Positions 26,220-32,000 of a stretch of 32,000 nt of DNA are shown in pieces. Positions within the stretch are counted from its first letter, which is position 1. Each line of letters begins with the position of its first letter. Position numbers and translations under genes: made by a program. This stretch comes from Telmatocola sphagniphila (GTDB lineage Bacteria > Planctomycetota > Planctomycetia > Gemmatales > Gemmataceae): contig NZ_CP074694.1 in assembly GCF_018398935.1 (NCBI RefSeq), positions 5,880,001-5,912,000 of the forward strand. Direction: 5' to 3'. The notes beneath the pieces were generated by a model. The model saw only the letters and a list, made by a program, of their open reading frames with translations, had not been told where the DNA came from and ran no database searches.

Positions 26220-27643
26220 GGCTCTTCCGTTTCTAGGTGTAGCATTCAGAGAAATACTTCTGGATCTGGTTGACGAAGCCGCGAATCTCCGCAATGGTCG
26301 GCCCTAATTTTTTCGCTGCCCAATTCACGTCCAGGAGTATTCTCGTCCAGAGCGTAGTTAGACTCTGAATTCCATAACTTCGGCGTAGCACTACCCGAAT
26401 CTTGGTATTCAGACCCTCCACCGGGCCGCTGCTTTTGCGTTCCTCGAAGTAGGCTAAGATCCCCTCCCAGTTATTCTTGAGCATCGTGATGAACGGCTCC
26501 CAATCCATCTCGGTCTCGCGGGCCTGGACGATCCAATCTTCCAACAGTCGCGAGGCTTCGGCTCGGTTCGGGGCACTATCGAAGATTTTGGTCGCCTCCC
26601 AACGCAGATGGTAGATCGTTCCCAACGAAGGCACCTTCTCGAACAAATCCTCGAGGGCCTGGACCTGCTCCGGTTTCAAATCCTCGGGACGACGCCGGAA
26701 GTCGTGCATCTGAGAACGCAGCTTCTTGCGGGCTTCCCCGCTCAAACTTCGCTTGTAGGCTCGATAGTTTTTTTTCGCAGATCGTCCGCCACCTCACCCA
26801 ATTTCTTGGCGACGTGAAAGCGATCTATTACCGACTGGCTGTTGGGTAAATGCACGCCGCAAGCCTTCAAATACGCCGCGCTCATGTCCGTATGATGCCA
26901 ACGCACCGCCGACCGTTGCTGGGCCGACAAATGCTCCAAACACGCTCGCCCCGCTGCTTCGTCGCGACCCTTGGACAGAGCCAGAATCTCCGGACGCTCC
27001 CCATTCGTCAGGTCTGTGAGAATGGTCGCATATCCCTTATGCCCCTTACGCAGGCTGATCTCATCCAGACCCAAACGCTCGATCTTCCGCTGGGGATCGA
27101 TCTGCTTCGCCTTGGCGTCCTCTATCCGGTTCTTGACGATTCGTTCCACCGTCTCCGCGGCGATCCCCAAACGCACCGCCACGTCTTCGGCTGTGCTCCC
27201 GATCAGACTGACCAGCACCTGCTCCTCGAAGCGAAACGTATATTTCACATCCCGACGCTTGAACGGCGGCAACAGCGATTGACGGTGACCGCACGACGGG
27301 CAGCGGTGATACACCTCCTGGTACACGAAAAAGCTCGGCTTACCCCACAAATCCAGATCGCGGATGCTCAGAAACTTGTTCTTCTCCACCAATTGAAGCC
27401 GAGACTCTCGCTGGCATGTCTCGCAACAAAGATTGTCGGGCAACTCCCAACTCACGTGAAAGGCGTGGCCCCCGTCGATGCGTTCGTATTCGCCAACGCT
27501 CACTCCGGCAGGGACGTCCATGTCTATGGCAATGGTAGTCGTCGTCATCGGCTCTTCCGTGAACCAGGAAAAGGGTACTCTCAATTGCAATCTATCCCAA
27601 AATGACCGATTCGCCGAGAGTTGCGCCTAAAAACGGAAGAACC
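26220..27643 (-). mobile_element. ISL3-family insertion sequence, complete (1424 bp)
   Basis: The terminal inverted repeats are GGCTCTTCCGTTTCTAGGTGTAGC (left) and GGTTCTTCCGTTTTTAGGCGCAAC (reverse complement of the right end), with 19/24 identity. A perfect 8-bp target duplication flanks it, and it carries an ISL3-type transposase inside. Confidence 0.85.
26233..27548 (-). CDS. ISL3-family transposase, in two frames joined at an A8 run (frameshifted or -1 slippage dependent)
   Basis: ORF 1 contains the zf-ISL3 cysteines (CCETC...CPSCG), an HTH region and DRFHVAKKLGEVADDLRKK. It stops at 26742. ORF 2 (26233-26745, -1 frame) continues with ...YKRSLSGEARKKLRSQMHDFRRRPEDL...GPVEGLNTKIRVVLRRSYG. 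The probable ATG is at 27548; the track uses TTG 27590. Confidence 0.8.
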
Positions 27644-27651
27644 GGAAAATC
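27644..27651. repeat. Target-site duplication GGAAAATC (right copy) of the ISL3 element
   Basis: It is identical to 26212-26219. On the minus strand it encodes the D-F-P codons that are present at both junctions of the split gene. Confidence 0.85.
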
Positions 27652-28566
27652 GAACGTCACAACGAAGCGAGACAGAAAATATAAGCTAAGCTTATTGATC
27701 TTATCGACTTCGAAAAAAATTGGCTTTTTCACTACATGACCTTGGATTGACAAACTATTGCACCGCACTTGATCAATTACTCCTCCTGGGGAGTGGAACA
27801 AAAAATCTCGTTCTTTAAAAGAGTATCCCAGCTCTGAATCCACGATTTTATGGACCAGAGTTTCACCCAGTTGACCACTTGTAGTGCCTATATCAGTGGT
27901 ATCCAAAATAAATTTAGCCTTCAAAAATTTGTCGAGATGAAGATTGATTTTGGGTATATCGGTATCGTCCGATTCGAACGAGATTTCCTTACCGAGTTCT
28001 TTGTGAGTTCTTTTCAGAAATCGTAACTCTCCCGCATCAAAGTCGATCTGGACAATCTTGTGTGAAAGATAATCCAGTCCAAGAATACCGCGAACATCGC
28101 AACCGAGTCTTTGCCGCATGCCTTCCAAATCATCGATTGAAAGAGTGGTAACTATGTAGTCCCCTAAACGTTTCTTCCCAAGCCAACTTTCGGGTACATT
28201 TATAGCATTTAGACCTTGCCGCTTCGCATCAAATGCACCCACTCCCCCTAGATTCAAAGGTGGTTTTGGTTCGGTGATCAAACTCTTATCAAAACAAGTC
28301 TCCGAACTACTTGTATCAACCAAAAAAGGAACTTTCTTACCGCCCACATCGATTGGTAAAAGAATCGGTTTGCCATCTTTTGCTATCTTAAATTTCTCGA
28401 TGACATTCGAATCTTCCTTTGGAGTCTGGGCCGATGTTTGCGCGAAGGCCACAAAAAAAAACAACATCGACAGGATAGCTGTAGGCGTGAACAAAAGCGC
28501 ACCGACCAAATATTCAATCCAGCTGTTAACGACTGCATCTTTGATCGATTTAAAAAAAACAGGCAT
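27644..28566 (-). pseudogene. N-terminal fragment of an IS-interrupted retropepsin-like aspartic protease-PDZ gene
   Basis: It has a signal anchor (LVGALLFTPTAILSMLFFFVAFA) and two retropepsin-like half-domains (PFLVDTSSSETCF and KFILDTTDIGTTSG). The reading frame runs ...RFVVTFDFP and then enters IS sequence, with a stop at 27592. Confidence 0.8.
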
Positions 28567-28691
28567 GAAACCTACCCTTCTGAGTTCGCTCTTCTATTTT
28601 GCCCAGAGTTCGCAGCAAGTAGGAGATAATAACATGAAGACTATCGAAACATACTGACCGGATTTTTCATATCAAAAAATGGTTAGACACT

Positions 28692-28721
28692 AAAAAAGGG
28701 GCCGAGATCCCTCTCAGCCCC
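28692..28721 (-). terminator. Intrinsic terminator on the minus strand
   Basis: The minus-strand RNA would read GGGGCUGAG-AGGGAU-CUCGGCCCC followed by UUUUUUA. That is a 9-bp stem including one G-U pair. The same position is a C-A mismatch on the plus strand, which favours minus-strand function. Confidence 0.55.
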
Positions 28722-29391
28722 TTCCCATAACCAGCCCTGGAGCGCATTTCCGGGGCCGCAGGTAAACCACCGGTGAAATGCTCTTATCGTCCGAACCAGC
28801 GGCCTAAGACTCGCCGAGGCGGAGCCTGCTGAGTTGGGCACTGAGCGTCCGGACAGCCGCCTTCGAGCGGCGGCCAGCTGCCGATCATCACCGGCTCCGC
28901 TGGTACTGGCTCCGGGACGAAGATCTTCGGGCGGGGGTATGCGACTCGCGATTTTTCGACGACTGGTTACACAATGACCAGACGGAGATAGGACCGGTTG
29001 CGGTCAACATTGCCTTGATCCAGCTTGACGACAGGACTTGTCAGGAACAGGTCCACGGCTTCCACGACGAACATCCCGCCCTTTGGTGCCACACCAGTGA
29101 CCTTGATAGGTAGTTCGTAGTTGACCGTTTATCTGTAGGTTGGATTGTTGTTGCTTTTTGAGGGATTTTATATTCTCGCTACCCAGGTAGTGCCGTTTCC
29201 GGACGTGGTTGAACACCCACTTCACTGTCCTGGGATGGCAATTAACGGATCTTAGTGAGATGGGTTTTAGCCGCCATTGAGCGCCTTCCTGTGCATTTTT
29301 GCGATACACACTACAGATGCGCCGAAGTCGCTGCACTCGCCGACGGCGAGGAATTCCGCAAAATGCAAGAAAACAGCGGGAATTTGAACAG

Positions 29392-29464
<73 letters not shown>

Positions 29465-29596
29465 GGGACATAAAATCTTAGGCAGACGAACTCTCAAGTC
29501 AAGAAGTTGCTCCGGCTTCCTGAACGGTTTTGAGCCACACAGTTAGGGATGCGCCGGTCTGGGCACCGGTTCGGATTTTTCCAGGATCCGTCCCGG

Positions 29597-30127
29597 TTAC
29601 TTGCCGCCGAAGTCTTCCACTTCAATTTTCATCGAGAATTTGCCGTTGTTTGCTTCCATCTTCACCATGCCCAGGGAGAACCCTTTACCCATCCAGATTT
29701 TGCTCGAACCTTTCAGACCCGCCGAGTTTTCGATCCTGTAATCCAGAACTTTGCAGTCAATTTTTTTGTCTTTGACGGATATCGATTCCGCGGTTTCCGA
29801 AACCAGAGTTGCTTTCCCGTCCTTACCTTTGGCCGGAACCGAGGGGTCGAACTTCTCTTTCAGAGAAATTTTCTGCTCAGACGTCTTTCCCTTCGCCTCT
29901 CCCACGGTCGTTTCGGATCGGATGGTAACCGAATCCGCACTCCGGGCGATAACCGTTTTCTTTAGCGTGATTTTCTGGTCGGGAATCGCGGTACTGCTGA
30001 CTTTGTAGCGCACCCAATCTCCTTCTTTGGCACCGGCAAAAGGAGATTCTTCCTCCGCCCAGCGGCCCATCGCCGAGGTGCTGAAGCCGGCGAATAAAAC
30101 CAGCAGCATCGAAAATTTCTTCAACAT
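29597..30127 (-). CDS. Small secreted hypothetical protein
   Basis: ATG 30127 (MLKKFSMLLVLFAGFSTSAMG signal peptide, GAGGGA upstream) is preferred over the track start at 30184. The mature part is Lys/Ser-rich and beta-strand-like. I recognise no family. Confidence 0.55.
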   Translation of the reverse strand: MLKKFSMLLVLFAGFSTSAMGRWAEEESPFAGAKEGDWVRYKVSSTAIPDQKITLKKTVIARSADSVTIRSETTVGEAKGKTSEQKISLKEKFDPSVPAKGKDGKATLVSETAESISVKDKKIDCKVLDYRIENSAGLKGSSKIWMGKGFSLGMVKMEANNGKFSMKIEVEDFGGK

Positions 30128-30217
30128 CGGTTCCCTCGAATGGTTCGAGATAAAAGAGACGCGACGAGGCAGTCCTGATATCACCCGATGTCGAATATCG
30201 GGGTGAAGGAAATTATC

Positions 30218-31282
30218 TCAAATCAAGCCGTGGTGAGCCAGATAGCGTTCCGCATCGAGTGCGGCCATGCAACCCGTACCCGCCGCGCTGATGGCCTGAC
30301 GGTAGTAATCGTCGGCCACGTCACCGGCCGCGAATACCCCTTCGACATTGGTGTAAGTGCGGGCAACCGTCGTCCACTGGATGTAACCCTGCGGATTGAG
30401 GGTGATCTGGCCGTCGAGAAAGCCGGTATTCGGGGTATGACCGATGGCCAGGAACAGCCCGGAGCAGGCGTAATCTTCCAGGGCATTAGTTTGAACGTTT
30501 TTGATGCGGATGGCCGTTACACCGTTCTTATCGTCCCCGAGAACTTCCTCGAGAACGCTGTGATAACGGATTTTGATTTTGGGATTGTCGAAGGCTCGCT
30601 TCTGCATGATCTTGGAAGCCCGCAGGACATCCCGGCGAATCAGCATGGTGACTTCTGAAGCGAATTTAGTCAGATAATTTGCTTCTTCCACGGCGGTGTC
30701 GCCTCCACCGACAACCAACAGTGGCTTATTTCGGAAGCGGGGCAGGGCGCCGTCGCAAACCGCACAGGCCGAAACGCCGCGATTTTTGAAGCGGTCTTCG
30801 GAGGGCAAGCCCAGGTAATTGGCCCGGGCTCCGGTGGCGATGATTACGCTTTGGGCTTCATAAACCTGATCGTCGTGCGTGGTCAATTTGAACGGTCGCT
30901 TGCTGAAGTCGACTTTCACAACGTCCTTGGATTCAATGCGAGTTCCAAAATTCTTGGCCTGTTGCCGCATCAGTTCCATGAGTTCCGGCCCGTTAATGCC
31001 GTGGCTGGGTTGAGGCTTGTTCGCCTGGACCCAGTAGGGCAGAGCTTCTTCGGGCAGGGCCGACTTCAGATAGGCGCGAGTATCGCCGTTCGGGAAGCCG
31101 GGGTAATTCTCGACCTCCAAGGTCAGACTGAGTTGACCGAGGGGAATCGTACCTTGTTGCCGATTTTTCTCACTGGTTCCGTCCCCTTCCAGCACCAGGG
31201 GGTTCAAGTTCGCGCGAGCGGTATAAATGGCAGCCGCCCAACCGGCGGGGCCGCTACCGATAATAATGACGTTCTCTGGCAT
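30218..31282 (-). CDS. trxB: Thioredoxin-disulfide reductase
   Basis: FAD motif [15 protein letters not shown], redox-active CAVCDG, NADPH motif [16 protein letters not shown], and C-terminal GVFAAGDV. The 354-aa protein has an insertion in the N-terminal third. Confidence 0.9.
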   Translation of the reverse strand: MPENVIIIGSGPAGWAAAIYTARANLNPLVLEGDGTSEKNRQQGTIPLGQLSLTLEVENYPGFPNGDTRAYLKSALPEEALPYWVQANKPQPSHGINGPELMELMRQQAKNFGTRIESKDVVKVDFSKRPFKLTTHDDQVYEAQSVIIATGARANYLGLPSEDRFKNRGVSACAVCDGALPRFRNKPLLVVGGGDTAVEEANYLTKFASEVTMLIRRDVLRASKIMQKRAFDNPKIKIRYHSVLEEVLGDDKNGVTAIRIKNVQTNALEDYACSGLFLAIGHTPNTGFLDGQITLNPQGYIQWTTVARTYTNVEGVFAAGDVADDYYRQAISAAGTGCMAALDAERYLAHHGLI

Positions 31283-31484
31283 ATGCTCCGTTCCTTTCCT
31301 TTTCAGAAAGATAGTTTAGCAGCCGAAGGAATCTTACGTGAGCTTTTCGGTGGAAATTCGACTATGATAATTAGATAGTTGTGTAACCTCGCCGGTCCTT
31401 CGATCATCGAAGACCTTATCGGAACTCTTCCAAGGATGACTCTGGGCAGCCCAAGCGCTGCCCGAACAGAAAAGAGAAGTCGTT

Positions 31485-32000
31485 ATGCAGACAATTGCTC
31501 GTTCCGCTAATATCGCTCGCGGGGTTTCGATCTCGCTGGCGCTTTTGATCCTCCTGGGTCTGGGTTATGTATCGTTTTACAAATTTCTGACCCCTGCTAG
31601 CACCCTGGCGGCTTATGCGGAAGCAGGTGCCCCGCGTGCGGCCACCAATGCTCCGGAACTCGAGGGCGGGGTGGCCTGGTTGAATACCGGCAAACCGATC
31701 AAAATCGCCGATCTGAAAGGTAAGATCGTCCTGCTCGATTTCTGGACGCTCTGCTGCATCAATTGCATCCACACTCTTCCCGATCTGGCCAAGTTAGAGA
31801 AGAAATATGCGAACGAACTGGTCGTGATCGGCGTGCATTCCGCCAAGTTCGAAAATGAAAAAAATAGCGAAAGTATCCGCAAGGCTCTCCTGCGCTACGA
31901 AATCAAGCATCCGGTCGTGAACGATGCCAACATGCAGATCTGGAAAGCGTACGATGTGCATTCCTGGCCGACGCTGGTGCTGATCGATCCGGAAGGGAAG
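31485..32000 (+). CDS. Thioredoxin-like (NHLRC2-type) protein, N-terminal part; runs off the window
   Basis: My translation from ATG 31485 is [31 protein letters not shown] (TM anchor) ...[30 protein letters not shown]...[13 protein letters not shown]...[14 protein letters not shown]. The FWT.CCINCIH..PDL block is the thioredoxin-fold motif of NHLRC2-like Trx-NHL proteins. It is absent from the ORF track because there is no stop in the window. Confidence 0.75.
   Translation, partial: MQTIARSANIARGVSISLALLILLGLGYVSFYKFLTPASTLAAYAEAGAPRAATNAPELEGGVAWLNTGKPIKIADLKGKIVLLDFWTLCCINCIHTLPDLAKLEKKYANELVVIGVHSAKFENEKNSESIRKALLRYEIKHPVVNDANMQIWKAYDVHSWPTLVLIDPEGK

Noticed and set aside
26850-27605. 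A 251-aa plus-strand ORF antisense to the ISL3 transposase
   Set aside because: It is a shadow ORF. The minus strand carries the zinc-finger and DDE-region motifs of ISL3 transposases.
28856-28874. A T-arm-like hairpin GCCGCC-TTCGAGC-GGCGGC that could suggest a second tRNA or tmRNA-like element
   Set aside because: I could not build an acceptor stem (only 5/7 pairs with the best upstream candidate) or D and anticodon arms around it. It is probably just a GC-rich hairpin in decayed DNA.

Overview
This window looks like a chromosomal segment from a Planctomycetota-type genome. The evidence for that is a PSCyt/DUF1592 + DUF1501 gene pair, an ECF sigma factor next to a Ser/Thr kinase, and NHL-propeller and cytochrome P460-like genes. 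GC looks mid-50s % by eye (not computed), with clearly AT-richer patches. About 26 protein-coding genes are supportable, plus one tRNA-Lys(UUU) and two complete insertion sequences: an IS1380-family element at 1548-3401 and an ISL3-family element at 26220-27643. No CRISPR array or rRNA was seen.

The most notable structure is a 38/40-nt direct repeat of the 3' half of tRNA-Lys. The copy at 12206-12245 matches 29390-29429, about 17.2 kb away. This is the classic footprint of integrase-mediated insertion at a tRNA gene, so 12.2-29.4 kb is probably one or more decayed genomic islands.

Inside this segment:
- an all-plus-strand run of genes, including a tightly coupled macro-domain / secreted alpha-beta hydrolase / DUF2293 operon;
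- a PSCyt/DUF1592 + DUF1501 pair;
- an AT-rich block next to the tRNA holding a YcxB-like membrane protein and an Imm26-like orphan immunity gene bracketed by two roughly 96-nt diverged direct repeats;
- a retropepsin-like protease-PDZ gene cleanly split by the ISL3 element, with a perfect 8-bp target duplication;
- only broken reading frames where an integrase would be expected.

The ISL3 transposase is itself split at an in-phase A_AAA_AAA slippery run. I did not recognise any known defence or secretion system. The candidates above are leads, not demonstrated systems.
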